Origin: Alphaproteobacteria bacterium
Lineage (GTDB): Bacteria > Pseudomonadota > Alphaproteobacteria > Bin95
Reading direction: 5' to 3'
Length of the DNA: 64,000 nucleotides
Assembly: GCA_963665325.3 (NCBI GenBank)
Contig: CAXXWS020000003.1
Span: 512,001 to 576,000 of the forward strand
Shown: positions 34,868 to 45,152 of the stretch, piece after piece
Position numbering within the stretch: position 1 is the stretch's first letter
Layout: each line of letters begins with the position of its first letter
Notes under the pieces: model-generated
Database searches by the model: none
Told to the model about the DNA's origin: nothing
The model's input: the letters and a program-made list of their open reading frames with translations, nothing else
Translations under genes and position numbers: made by a program

Positions 34868-37800
34868 TCACCACCGCGCCGTCAGCCTGAACCCGCTGCC
34901 GTGCTCGGGCGGCGCGTCGTCGTTGGCGCTCTCGCGCCTTGTCGCCTCGAGCGAGAGTTCCAGCGAGCCCGTCCCCCGGCCGGCGTTGACCATCCGCCAG
35001 CCGAGGCTGTAGTCGCGGCCCGCCTGCGAGAGACCGAGCGCGATCTCCGGCGTGGCCGTAAACCGGTCGCCGAACATCGCGAAGCCGTAACCGAACCGCG
35101 CCTCCAGGCGGCGCTGCTCGAACCCGTCGCCATTCTCATTGGCCGCGAGCCCCTCCAGGGTCTCGCGCGTGAGCAGCGCGTCCTTGCCGCTCGACGCGCC
35201 GGCGCCGAAAGTCTGGCTGAGGCTGAGCGACGGGCCCCGGCCCGAGGAGCGCGGCGTCCAGGCGAGCGTGCCGGCGATGCCGCGGTCCCGGAGCCCCGCC
35301 GCCTCGTGGGTCAGCAAGCCCCGGCCCGACAGCGAGGCCGTGAGGCCGTGCTCCGGCAGGGCGAGGTCGATCCCGCCGGCGAGGTCGACGCCGTAGCCGG
35401 TCTCCGCGTCGCCGCCGTCATGGCGCAGCCCGAGTGCCAGGCGCGGCGTCGCGGTGGCGCCCCCGGCCGTCCCGCCCGCGCCGAGCGCCAGCGGCCAGGA
35501 GCCCTCCAGCCCGAGGGTGAGCCGCGACATGTCGGCCGTCGCCGCGGCGAGGTTGCCCTCCGAGGAGGACAGCCGGGCCGAGGTCGTTTGCACCCAGCGC
35601 GCGCCCGCGACCGCATCCAGCCGCGGGCCGTCGCGGCCCACCAGCGTCGCCCGCAGCCCGCCGGCCGCGAGCTTCATCGAGAGGTCGGTCTTCATCGCCG
35701 CCTGCTCTTCGGGCTTCACGGTGAGCTCGCCCGCGCCGTAGCCGGCCGCGCCCCAGACCGAGAGCCGCTCCGAGGCGGCATAGCCCGCCCATGGCGTCAC
35801 CGCCGTCACGTCCGCCTCGATGTCGCCGGAGCTCTCGCCCCGGTAGCCGCCCGTTCCCGTGCTGCGCGAGACCACCAGCCCCGTCGTCCAGCGGTCCCGG
35901 GCATGGTCGAAGCCGAGCAGGCCGGTGGTTACGTCGCCGTCCAGGCTGAGCGTGCCGTCGCGGCCCGCGAAGCGCGACTGCGCGATCCGGCCCCAGAGCG
36001 CGGCGAACCCGCTATCCTTCGTCCGGCCGGCCAGCAAGAAGGAGGAGCTCATCAGGACCTGCTGCGCCGTCATCGACCGCGACCGGGCCTGTGTGCTCTC
36101 CTCCTCCGCGTCCTCGCCGTTCAGCCAGTCCGTCAGCGACTTCAGCCGTGCGGTCTCCCCGGCATCCGCCGCTCCACCGGGCGTGGACCCGGCCGCCGCC
36201 GTCCCATCGGCCCCGACGGCGGATGCCGCACCTGGCTCCGTGGCGGCCGCCGTCACATCGATGGCCTCGCCGGCCAGCACGACCGACATGCCGGCGGAGC
36301 GCGACGCGCGCAGCCGCTCGTCCACCGCGGCCAGAACCTGGTCCGCCACCGTGCGCCCGAAGCGCGCGATCCAGGCCTTCGGGATATGACCCGTGTTGTG
36401 GATCGTGCCGGTCGCCGTCGCGTCCTCCAGATATGCGCGCCCCGTGGGGTTGGAGAGGGTGAGCATCATGGTCTCGCTGCCCTCGTCCTCCGCGTCGGCA
36501 TGCACCGGCACCGACACCGTCTTCTCCGTCTCACCCGCCTCGAAGGTGAGCCTCCCACTCGTCTCGGTGTAGTCCCCGGGCGCCACCGCCGTGCCGTCCG
36601 AGGTCGCGTAGTCCACCGTGACCGTGCCCGAAGCCTCCCGGCTCAGGGTCACCACGAACTCGAGCGGCGCATCCGTCCCGTCTGTCCCCTCGTCAACCTC
36701 CGCGTCCGTCACCGACAGCGCCGACGGACCCGGAATGTTTACCGGGAGCACGCTCGAGAGCTTCCTGCCGTCCGGCGTGCAGAGCGCGTCCGTACCGCTG
36801 CAGTCACCGGTCGTCGTCGGCAGGCTCACCGTCACCGCTTCGTTGCCCAAAGGCTTGACCACCACCCGCCACAGGTCGCGACGCCCGTCCACGCGGCGTA
36901 CCCGGCGCACCTTCCCTCCCGTCGCCGCCAGCGTCCTCGCGATCCTTCTCCCCGAGCCCCCGGGCGGCAGTGCCTCGCTGAACAGGAGCCGGAGCTGGAA
37001 ATTGCTCGACCCGTCATGCTCCGCCGGCACCGACTGGAACGTGGCCGTGAGCGGTGTCGACAGCGCCCGCCGCCCCTGCGGTGGACCCGGCACGAGCGCA
37101 ACCGGCGCCGTCGAGAGCACCCGTCCGTCGCGCGTGCACAACGCACCGGTCTCCGAGCACGCCCGGTTGACCGGCACCAGGATCGTCACCGCCCCGTTGC
37201 CCGATGGCGCGACGGTCAGCTCCCACAGGTCGCTACGCCCGTCCACCTTCGCGGCCCCCGTCACCGTCCCGCCGCTCACCAACAGCGCGTGGTCGCGCAT
37301 GTCATCTGCGCCGATCGTCACCTCCTCGCTGAACGAAACCCGGAGTGGGAACGAAGTCGACCCGTCGTGCGACGACGGCGGCGGGTCCGCAAATAAGGCC
37401 GTCAGCGGCTCGGCCGCGGTCGCCATCGACAGCCCGCGCCAATCCCGGGAGATGATGAGCCGGTAGAACTGCTGATGTGTGAATCTGTTCAGCTTGACCA
37501 CGACGGTGACCGTTCCGTTGCGCACATTCAGCTGATCGGTGGCGGAAAACTCGGGCAGGCCGGGTGAGTTGCGATGCAACGTCAAATCGGTATCGGGGTC
37601 GACCGCTGCCGCGCTCACCGTGACATGCGTGGTTTCCTCGGACACCTCCGCGAAGTAGGTGCGGGCTTGGGGCCAGGGTTTGCTGAATGAGGTCAGCGTC
37701 CCGGAAACCGGCGTCACCGTGAGGTTCCGGATGACGCTGTCGACGGGATTCACCCGGTTGCGCTCGACGGTGTAGGTGTAGGTCCGGGTGGTCACGCCGT

Positions 37801-39304
37801 CGGGCGCGGTCACCGTCGCCGTCACCCGGGCGGTGCCGTCGGCGACGCGGAACGTCGCCGTTGCGCCGCCGTCATAGCGGTCCGCGGTGCTCTCGACTGT
37901 GCTGCCGCCAAAGGTCACCGTCGCGCCCGGCGTGTAGGGCGCCGCCACCAGCACCAGCCGCTCGGTGGGCTCGGGCGCCTCCGCCTCGTAGGCGTCGGTG
38001 TCCGGGGAGAACGCCGGCGATCCGCGCAGGTAGCCGCCGGCCGGGTAGGTGAGCCACAGCGCCCGCAGCCGCGCATCGTCTGCGGTGCTCACCCAGCGGC
38101 CCATCTCGCGGGCGAATTGCTTGCCGCTCGTGCTGCAAATCGAGTGGCTCTCGCTGCAGTCCCGGGCCGCCCGCACGCGGATGCGAAGCGGCCCCGCCGA
38201 GGAAGGCGTGACAGTCATCCGGTACTTCCGCGCGCTACCGTCGCGCGCGGAAAAGTTGCTCATTGTCCCGTTTTCGACCGCGACCGCCGCCGAAACGTTG
38301 GCGAGCGGCGAGTCGATGGCCTCGGGGAACCCGAGATCCACCGTGAACGGCGTGCTCCCGTCGTGCGAGTCCGGCAAGCCGGAGAACCAGCCCTTGAGCC
38401 GGTCCCGCCGGGTCACGACCAGGGTGTAGGTCTTCGTGGTCACGTTGTCCCCGGCAGTCACCTTCACCCGGTAGGTGTTCGAGCCGATCAAAAGCCGGGA
38501 ATCGAGCGCGTCCGTGCGGCCATTCCGATCGTAGTAGGCATTGCCGCTGGCGCCGAGATACTCCACCGTCGCCTGGTCGTGGGACGTCGTCGCCGCCAGC
38601 TCCACATAGTCCACGCCGTGCGCCACCGTAGCCGTATATTCCTCCGTGTCCGACGTGAAGGATGGCGTGAAGGCGATGGCGGAACCGTCGGAGGCATCCT
38701 TCAGCGTCAGCGCGCTCAGGGAGGCGGAAACATCGACCAGCTTCACGGCGACCGTCGAACCCATCCCGGGCTCCGGCCAGGGCCGCCCGCTATCGTTGTC
38801 CGCAACCTCCCACCCAAACCGAACTGCGGTGAAATTGTCTCCCACCGACGTCCCAATAGCAGCCTCGGAAAGGCTGAAAACCTTGCTTCCGATATGCAGC
38901 CGCCAATTCTGCGACCGAGAGGGGAGCTGGAATAGAGAGCCGGGGGAGATGGTGAGTCGAACAGAGTTGTCGTCCCGGATGCCTGCATCGTATCGCAGAA
39001 CCTCGACGCCATAGGTCGTCCCGTCGAACTCGAAACTCTTGCCATCCGTATCGGTGAGGCTGCCATAGGGGCACCAGGATGGGTTCAGAAAAGCACTCGC
39101 CCACGCCTCCGAGCAGTAGCCCTCCGGGCCGTCCTCCGCGTCTGGTTCAGCAATGTTCAGGGTGGCCGACCAGAGTTCCGTCTCTGCCTGCACGGGGTTC
39201 GCGGTGCCGAACAGTGCGGCGAAGGCGAGCAGCAATGCGATCGCTACCCGGCGTTCGCCGGCATTGCGGCGGTACGAACGCACTTTCGCTCCTTCAAGAT
39301 GCAT
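34868..39304 (-). CDS. large autotransporter-like surface protein (cadherin-like, Ig-like HDG repeats, Calx-beta, C-terminal beta-barrel)
   Basis: Signal peptide; LSALTL...FTSDTEEYTATV cadherin-like units; three P..HDGS..F Ig-like repeats; Calx-beta VDYATSDGTA..DY; WIARFGRTVA linker; GLRHDGGDAETG; ends ...RLTARW. Confidence 0.85.
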   Translation of the reverse strand: MHLEGAKVRSYRRNAGERRVAIALLLAFAALFGTANPVQAETELWSATLNIAEPDAEDGPEGYCSEAWASAFLNPSWCPYGSLTDTDGKSFEFDGTTYGVEVLRYDAGIRDDNSVRLTISPGSLFQLPSRSQNWRLHIGSKVFSLSEAAIGTSVGDNFTAVRFGWEVADNDSGRPWPEPGMGSTVAVKLVDVSASLSALTLKDASDGSAIAFTPSFTSDTEEYTATVAHGVDYVELAATTSHDQATVEYLGASGNAYYDRNGRTDALDSRLLIGSNTYRVKVTAGDNVTTKTYTLVVTRRDRLKGWFSGLPDSHDGSTPFTVDLGFPEAIDSPLANVSAAVAVENGTMSNFSARDGSARKYRMTVTPSSAGPLRIRVRAARDCSESHSICSTSGKQFAREMGRWVSTADDARLRALWLTYPAGGYLRGSPAFSPDTDAYEAEAPEPTERLVLVAAPYTPGATVTFGGSTVESTADRYDGGATATFRVADGTARVTATVTAPDGVTTRTYTYTVERNRVNPVDSVIRNLTVTPVSGTLTSFSKPWPQARTYFAEVSEETTHVTVSAAAVDPDTDLTLHRNSPGLPEFSATDQLNVRNGTVTVVVKLNRFTHQQFYRLIISRDWRGLSMATAAEPLTALFADPPPSSHDGSTSFPLRVSFSEEVTIGADDMRDHALLVSGGTVTGAAKVDGRSDLWELTVAPSGNGAVTILVPVNRACSETGALCTRDGRVLSTAPVALVPGPPQGRRALSTPLTATFQSVPAEHDGSSNFQLRLLFSEALPPGGSGRRIARTLAATGGKVRRVRRVDGRRDLWRVVVKPLGNEAVTVSLPTTTGDCSGTDALCTPDGRKLSSVLPVNIPGPSALSVTDAEVDEGTDGTDAPLEFVVTLSREASGTVTVDYATSDGTAVAPGDYTETSGRLTFEAGETEKTVSVPVHADAEDEGSETMMLTLSNPTGRAYLEDATATGTIHNTGHIPKAWIARFGRTVADQVLAAVDERLRASRSAGMSVVLAGEAIDVTAAATEPGAASAVGADGTAAAGSTPGGAADAGETARLKSLTDWLNGEDAEEESTQARSRSMTAQQVLMSSSFLLAGRTKDSGFAALWGRIAQSRFAGRDGTLSLDGDVTTGLLGFDHARDRWTTGLVVSRSTGTGGYRGESSGDIEADVTAVTPWAGYAASERLSVWGAAGYGAGELTVKPEEQAAMKTDLSMKLAAGGLRATLVGRDGPRLDAVAGARWVQTTSARLSSSEGNLAAATADMSRLTLGLEGSWPLALGAGGTAGGATATPRLALGLRHDGGDAETGYGVDLAGGIDLALPEHGLTASLSGRGLLTHEAAGLRDRGIAGTLAWTPRSSGRGPSLSLSQTFGAGASSGKDALLTRETLEGLAANENGDGFEQRRLEARFGYGFAMFGDRFTATPEIALGLSQAGRDYSLGWRMVNAGRGTGSLELSLEATRRESANDDAPPEHGSGFRLTARW

Positions 39305-39811
39305 CCGGTAAGAACCCCCTTCGCGAACCGGCGGGCTTGAGCGAAGCTGTGCGATCGCGTGTGGGCACCAAGGGGCAAGACAAGTGCCGCCGAGGAGCCC
39401 TCTCCCCCCAAAGGATGATGGCTTTATTTGTCTATTTGTTCAATTACAAATTATATTTTGAATACTATGTCAACGACAGAGGAAGAATGTACCGGCGTTG
39501 GAGTGGGCTCCTGGGGCGTAAGCGCTTTGGGCGCCCCACCTTCCAGCAGAGCCTCTGATTTGAGATTCACCGCTTTCACGAAAGCGGGAGGTGAGTTGTA
39601 AGCGATGCAATGACGTCCAGGGTCGGAAGAAAGCTTGGCATTGCCCAAAATTGGCGGTCAACAAGAATGCTGAAATTCACCGCAACAAGAGCAAGAGAAT
39701 GTAACGGGACAGCAATGCCCCGTAATGCCGGCGGGCGCCATGACCGCGATAGTTCTTGGTGCCACCTTTGCTGCGAAAATTCGTTTCGCGCTCGAGTGAT
39801 GGAGAAATTCA

Positions 39812-41929
39812 ATGGCCGAAAAGACAGTCTTCAGCGCCTGTCCGCACGATTGCCCCGACACCTGCGCGATGCTGACTACGGTCGTCGACGGCGAAGTCGT
39901 CAACGTGCGCGGCAACCCGGACCACCCGTTCACGCGGGGCGGTCTGTGCGTCAAAGTCAACGACTATGAGAACCGGGTCTACAGCGAAAACCGTGTGCTC
40001 ACCCCGCTGCGCCGGACCGGCGCCAAGGGCGACGGGAAATTCGAGCCGATAAGCTGGAGCGCGGCGCTGGAGGAAATTTCCGGCCGCTGGAAGGGAATCA
40101 TCGACCGCGACGGGCCGGCCGCAATTCTGCCCTACAGCTATCTCGGCACCGAGGGCATCCTGAACGGGCTGAACGCCGGCGACGCCTTTTTCAACAGGCT
40201 GGGCGCGACGGTGGCCGAGCGCACCTTTTGCGATTCCGCCGCCATCACCGCCTTCTTCATGACCTGCGGCCCGACCCCGGCGGTCGACCCGGAGAGCTTC
40301 GTCCACTCCCGCTACATCGTCCTGTGGGCGATCAACACGATCAGCACCAACCTGCACCACTGGCCGTTCATCGCCGAGGCCCAGCGCCGCGGCGCCAAGG
40401 TGGTGGTCATCGATCCGGTCGCGACCAGGACGGCCAAGCGGGCCGACTGGCACCTCGCCATCAAGCCCGGCACCGACGCCGCCCTGGCGCTCGGCATGAT
40501 CAACGTCATCATCGCCGAGGACCTGGTCGACCATGACTATGTCGCGAATTACACCGTCGGCTACGAGGATCTGAAGTCCCGCGCAGCCAACTTCACGCCG
40601 AGCCGTGTGGCGGCGATCACCGGGCTCTCCACTGACGACATCAGGAAGCTGGCCCGCGAATTCGCCGTCACGCAGCCGTCGGTCATCCGCATGGGCGTCG
40701 CGATCGAGCGCAACGCCTCGGGCGGCAACGCCGTGCGCGCCATGGCCTGCCTGCCCGGCCTGGTCGGCTCGTGGCGCCATTGCGGCGGCGGCATCCTGCA
40801 CATGCCGATCTGGGCCTTCCCGCTGAAATGGGACGATCTCAGCCGCCCCGACTGGATTCCCGAAGGCACGCCGGTTATCAACCAGTGGCGCATCGGCCCG
40901 GCGCTGACCGGCGAACTGGAGCAGAAGATCAGCTCGCTGTTCGTCTACAACTCGAATCCCGCCGTGGTCGCGCCCGAGCAGGAGAAGGTGTTGCGCGGCC
41001 TGGCGCGCGACGACCTGTTCACGGTGGTCAGCGAGCATTTCATCACCGATACCGCGCGCTACGCCGATATCGTCCTGCCGGCAACGACCCAGCTCGAACA
41101 GTTCGATCTCATGTTCTCCTGGGGCCACCTGTATCTCACGCTGAACGAGCCGGCGATCGAACCGCGCGGCGAGGCGGTGCCGAACACCGAATTGTTCCGG
41201 CGCCTCGCCGGCGCCATGGGCTTCGACGACCTCTACTGGCAGCGCAGCGACGAGGAAATGGCCCTGGATGCGCTCGACTGGGAGAACCCGGTGCTCGACG
41301 GCATCGATCTCGCCAGCCTGCGCAAGACCGGATATGCGCGCCTCAAGGTCGGCTCGCCGGACGATTTCGTGCCCCATCGCGACGGCAATTTCCCGACGCC
41401 GTCCGGCAAGGTCGAGTTCAAATCCTCCATAGCCGCGGGCGGCAACATGGTGCTGCCCCTGTTCCGCCAAGGCTACCTTGCCGAACAGTCCGGCGAACCG
41501 CTCGATCCACTGCCGGATTTCATCCCGCAGAAGGAGTCCCCCGATACCAATCCCGCGCTCGCGGCCCGCTACCCGCTCAACATGATCTCGCCCAAGAGCC
41601 ACGCCTTCCTGAACTCGTCCTACGGCAACCTGCGCACCCAGCTGCATCACGCCGGCGAGCAGATTATCGTCATTCATCCGGCGGACGCCGAAGAACGCGG
41701 CATCGCCGGCGGCAGCGAAGTCCGGGTGTTCAACGACCGCGGCGATTTCCATGCGGTGGCCGAGATCAGCGAAGATGCCCGGCCCGGCGTCGTCGTCGCA
41801 CCCATGGGCTACTGGGTGAAGGGCAGCCGCAACGGCTGCACGGTGAACGCGATCACTCCGCCGGCCTTCGCCGACTACGGCAACGCGCCTACCTTCTCGG
41901 ATACGCTGGTCGAGGTCGCGGCGGCGTAA
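39812..41929 (+). CDS. molybdopterin-dependent oxidoreductase (DMSO reductase superfamily)
   Basis: CPHDCPDTC...GGLC 4Fe-4S motif, PGTDAALALG, TDTARYADIVLPA, IHPADAEERGI. Confidence 0.92.
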   Translation: MAEKTVFSACPHDCPDTCAMLTTVVDGEVVNVRGNPDHPFTRGGLCVKVNDYENRVYSENRVLTPLRRTGAKGDGKFEPISWSAALEEISGRWKGIIDRDGPAAILPYSYLGTEGILNGLNAGDAFFNRLGATVAERTFCDSAAITAFFMTCGPTPAVDPESFVHSRYIVLWAINTISTNLHHWPFIAEAQRRGAKVVVIDPVATRTAKRADWHLAIKPGTDAALALGMINVIIAEDLVDHDYVANYTVGYEDLKSRAANFTPSRVAAITGLSTDDIRKLAREFAVTQPSVIRMGVAIERNASGGNAVRAMACLPGLVGSWRHCGGGILHMPIWAFPLKWDDLSRPDWIPEGTPVINQWRIGPALTGELEQKISSLFVYNSNPAVVAPEQEKVLRGLARDDLFTVVSEHFITDTARYADIVLPATTQLEQFDLMFSWGHLYLTLNEPAIEPRGEAVPNTELFRRLAGAMGFDDLYWQRSDEEMALDALDWENPVLDGIDLASLRKTGYARLKVGSPDDFVPHRDGNFPTPSGKVEFKSSIAAGGNMVLPLFRQGYLAEQSGEPLDPLPDFIPQKESPDTNPALAARYPLNMISPKSHAFLNSSYGNLRTQLHHAGEQIIVIHPADAEERGIAGGSEVRVFNDRGDFHAVAEISEDARPGVVVAPMGYWVKGSRNGCTVNAITPPAFADYGNAPTFSDTLVEVAAA

Positions 41930-42051
41930 CCCTGATTCCTCCCCTTCCGACACCCGGGTTACCCGCGGCCCGTAGCGCCGTTGCGCGGCGCTGGCTCGGC
42001 GGGCTCTCGAAATCGGGCAGCAACAGCGTCGCGGTGGCCGCGCGTCGCTCC
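41827..42051. repeat. ~225-bp direct repeat (3' end of the molybdoenzyme gene plus downstream), second copy at 44475-44699
   Basis: GTGAACGCGATCAC...GAGGTCGCGGCGGCGT.ACCCTGATTCCTCCCC...GGTGGCCGCGCGTC at a constant 2648-bp offset, with scattered mismatches. Confidence 0.9.
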
Positions 42052-42149
42052 TCCCCCGACATATCGTTCTTTTTTGGTCCGGGACCGACTGCTCTCCCTT
42101 CTGCGCTTAAGCGCAAGTCCGAGCCGCGCTCGATCCCAGCAGCGCTGAT

Positions 42150-42713
42150 GTGTCCGGAACGGCCGAGCCGGGAGCCGCGCAGGAGTGCGGCGCGATGTTG
42201 AACGAGATCGCGGACTCATCGATCCTCGCTATCGAAGAGTCGAAGCGAAATGTCGATGCGGCCGCCCTGCACCGGGCGGTCGAAATGCTGGACGGCGCCA
42301 GATCCATCCATGTCGTCGGATACCGCCCGGCTTCCTGGGTCGCCGCCTGCCTGTTCGACGGCCTGACCCAGCTCGGTCGCCGCTGCCGCCGGATCGGCTC
42401 GCCTGCAATTTCGGCACTGCGGACCGTCTCGGCCCTGGGCGCTGAAGACCTGCTGTTGGCCATCTGTTTTTCGGACGATGACGATTCGGCTGTTCGGGTC
42501 GCGGCGGCGGCACAGGCGCGAAAGGTCCCGGTACTCGCTTTCGCGCACAGGATCGATCACCCCCTTGCCGGCGCTTCCAGCCTCTTCATGGCGATGCCCG
42601 CCTCTCTCGAAAGCAAGTTCGAACCTTGGGCCGCCCGCATGATGTTCGCCCAGGCCCTGATTCTGGCACTGGAGAAGCGGCGGGCGAGGCAACAGCGGGG
42701 TGGGAGCGGATGA
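42150..42713 (+). CDS. SIS-domain protein (RpiR-family C-terminal domain, no HTH; possibly truncated)
   Basis: AVEMLDGARSIHVVG.R, DLLLAICFS, AQARKVPVLA, HPLA. Confidence 0.65.
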   Translation: MSGTAEPGAAQECGAMLNEIADSSILAIEESKRNVDAAALHRAVEMLDGARSIHVVGYRPASWVAACLFDGLTQLGRRCRRIGSPAISALRTVSALGAEDLLLAICFSDDDDSAVRVAAAAQARKVPVLAFAHRIDHPLAGASSLFMAMPASLESKFEPWAARMMFAQALILALEKRRARQQRGGSG

Positions 42714-42860
42714 GTCTCGCTCAACTTCAACAGCACGGACAAAAAAGTATTTGATAACACAGAGGGTTCTCCGAGACGGGCGACAGCGACAGCAATTACG
42801 TCCAAGATCAACGTGTTTGGTGCGGCAATGCGTCAATCCTCAAAAGCAAGCCTCGTTGGT

Positions 42861-42995
42861 TTACTTGGCCTTTCTTTCCCCGAGAACAGGCGCCCTCTTG
42901 CCTTTGTTGAAGTCTGCGGTCGCCAGCACCTTTTCTTTGATTTTCTTGGGTTTCTTGGTCTCGCGGTTTCCGCGTCTCTTATCGCCTTTGGACAT
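42861..42995 (-). CDS. small basic protein (44 aa)
   Basis: RBS GAGAGGA; MSKGDKRRGNRETKKPKKIKEKVLATADFNKGKRAPVLGERKAK. Not in the ORF track. Confidence 0.6.
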   Translation of the reverse strand: MSKGDKRRGNRETKKPKKIKEKVLATADFNKGKRAPVLGERKAK

Positions 42996-43117
42996 CCGAT
43001 TTCCTCTCTAGTGAACCAGTTCGCTCGTTCGGCAATCGGGCAACAGGATTCTGCCGCCCACTTCGATTGGTTATCTGAAATTCGCCGGCAAGGGCTGGCT
43101 GCCGACGACATTGGCGC

Positions 43118-44131
43118 TCATCCGATCAGTATTTCTCCACCCAGACCGCTCTCAGTGCGGTCAGGAGTTTCGCTTCCTGTTGCCAGGCCATTGTCAGCAA
43201 TTGTCAAAATCATTGCCTCGTAAGTCATGTCGAGGTTAAGCAGACAGCAGCGATAGAAATAACCTCTGCGTAGGCCAGGCATCAGGTTCGCTTCAATGAA
43301 ATTCGGCACGTTTGCGTGGCTCATCTTGATGTCGATGCGTCCCAACGACTTGCCGCCCAGGGCCCGGAATGCTGCCTTGGCGAGGGTGCCAAGCTGCAGG
43401 CGCGTCGCCGCGTCTGTCACTGGCGCGACGGTTTCGGAGTCCTGCTTCTTGACATCATAGTCGAGAATACGGTCCCCGTTCCTGTTCGGCGCGGCGATGA
43501 TTTCTACGGGCATGGCGCGCAGTTTGCCGTTGCAGGCGTCCTCGAGTATGCCGACACTGTATTCCCGGCCAGACAGATAGGTCTCGACCAACGCCTGGGA
43601 CATCTGGTTCTCATGGATATCCAGCACCTTGCGCCGGAAGTCATCAAAGTCGTGGACAACAGACTTGGCATCAACGCCGCGGCTGTCTCCGCCGGTTACG
43701 GGCTTTACAAAGAGTGGAAAGGGAAGAGGGATGGTGGCGGCGGTCGGGTGTTCGCCCGGTGCAGTGAGGAAAAACTCTGCCGTCGTGACATTGGCCGCGC
43801 TAACTAAATTCTTCGCGCGGGCCTTGTCGTGTTCGTTGTCCAGTGCCGATCTGCCCGATGCGATATAGGCGATTCCGTGCAGGTCGAGAAAATCGTTCAG
43901 CCAGAGGTCTTCGCCATCAAAAGTGAAGTATTTCACCCCCGAGAATACGAGGTCGGGCCGCCGAATCGCCATCCGCTCGAGATCGCGACGTGTCCGGATT
44001 TGGGTGATGGTGACGAGTTGATAACGGTCGGAAAGGATCTTGTGAACCAGCGCTTCGTCGATCTCGATCCCGACATTCTTTCGATGCGCTGCTATGCCGG
44101 CGGGGTGGGGTACGATGACGATTTCGATCAT
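43118..44131 (-). CDS. D-alanine--D-alanine ligase-like ATP-grasp protein
   Basis: DKARAK, FPLFVKP..GGDSRGV, ETYLSGREYSVG, GRIDI, FIEANLMPGL. Confidence 0.8.
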   Translation of the reverse strand: MIEIVIVPHPAGIAAHRKNVGIEIDEALVHKILSDRYQLVTITQIRTRRDLERMAIRRPDLVFSGVKYFTFDGEDLWLNDFLDLHGIAYIASGRSALDNEHDKARAKNLVSAANVTTAEFFLTAPGEHPTAATIPLPFPLFVKPVTGGDSRGVDAKSVVHDFDDFRRKVLDIHENQMSQALVETYLSGREYSVGILEDACNGKLRAMPVEIIAAPNRNGDRILDYDVKKQDSETVAPVTDAATRLQLGTLAKAAFRALGGKSLGRIDIKMSHANVPNFIEANLMPGLRRGYFYRCCLLNLDMTYEAMILTIADNGLATGSETPDRTESGLGGEILIG

Positions 44132-44474
44132 CTCGTCGCGTTTGCTTGCGAACGCACGCCTTTCGTCGAGAGCAAGAGGCAAGCCACCCAGGCGGTGTGG
44201 CGTGTGCTCGGTCCGTGAATAGGTACCGTTCAGCGTATCCGTTACGTCCACAACCGAATTGCTCAATGCCGCTCCTTCAAGCACCCATGGGCACGGCAGC
44301 CCAGGAACCGCAAGGCGTTCCGAGGCCAGCTTGGGCTGCTCAGTTCGTTTCGATGTGTCGATTTGGTAGCGTTGAATTTGAATTCAACTCTAACCAGAAT
44401 TCCACAGATAACATAATCGGCCAACGATAGATACAACTATCGTCGACGACAGAGATCGTGGGCATTCTGCCCGC

Positions 44475-44699
44475 CCGCAGCGGGTGCAGGGTGAACGCGA
44501 TCACCCCGCTGGCCTTCGCCGACTACGGCAACGCGCCTACCTTCTCGGATACGCTGGTCGAGGTCGCGGCGGCGTGACCCTGATTCCTCCCCTTCCGACA
44601 CCCGGGCTACCCGCGGCCCTTAGCGCCGTTGCGCGGCGCTGGCTCGGGGGGCTCTCGAAGTCGGGCAGCAACAGCGTCGCGGTGGCCGCGCGTCTCTCC
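44475..44699. repeat. second copy of the ~225-bp direct repeat
   Basis: See 41827-42051. Confidence 0.9.
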
Positions 44700-44907
44700 G
44701 GGATCGGCGGGCGCTGATCGCCAACGACCCCCATCTCGATCGAACTGTTTCATGACCAAGAGTGGAAGACCCTGAACGCAAAATTGGTTGGGCATGGTTC
44801 TCATGGTACCGATAGTTCGGTACTCGCCACGGAACAGGTCTTGTCACCCTCTCTCCCAATGACCTATAGCCTAGACGGTATTGTGTATGCTGCAGCTTCT
44901 TGGGCTG

Positions 44908-45110
44908 TCAGGGCCTGTGGGCGGATTTGAATGAGATGAAGGCAGCGGCGAGCGCAACGAAAGAGCCGAAATCTGTGGCGGTTTTTTCGCAGCGCAAGGC
45001 GATGCGTTCGATCGCGGCGAAGTTCGGCTGCACGACCGGGACGCCGGCGCCGGGCAGGGAATGCCCAGCGACGCTCGCGGGCAGGTCAGGGCGCTGGAAC
45101 GGGGTCCGGT
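44908..45110. mobile_element. abutting IS remnants: IS5-family transposase C-terminus (-) and degenerate IS3-family orfA (+)
   Basis: Minus strand 45006-44908 reads RIALRCEKTATDFGSFVALAAAFISFKSAHRP*; plus strand has SIAAKFGCT and QVRALER fragments. Confidence 0.55.
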
Positions 45111-45152
45111 GAAGCAGGGCGCAGATACCGGGATAGCTGACGGGCGGACCGG

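Noticed and set aside
39757-39771. Sigma-54 promoter TGGTGC-CACCT-TTGC upstream of the molybdoenzyme
   Set aside because: GG-N10-GC spacing fits, but the -24 element deviates from TGGCAC and no activator gene is nearby; too weak to call.
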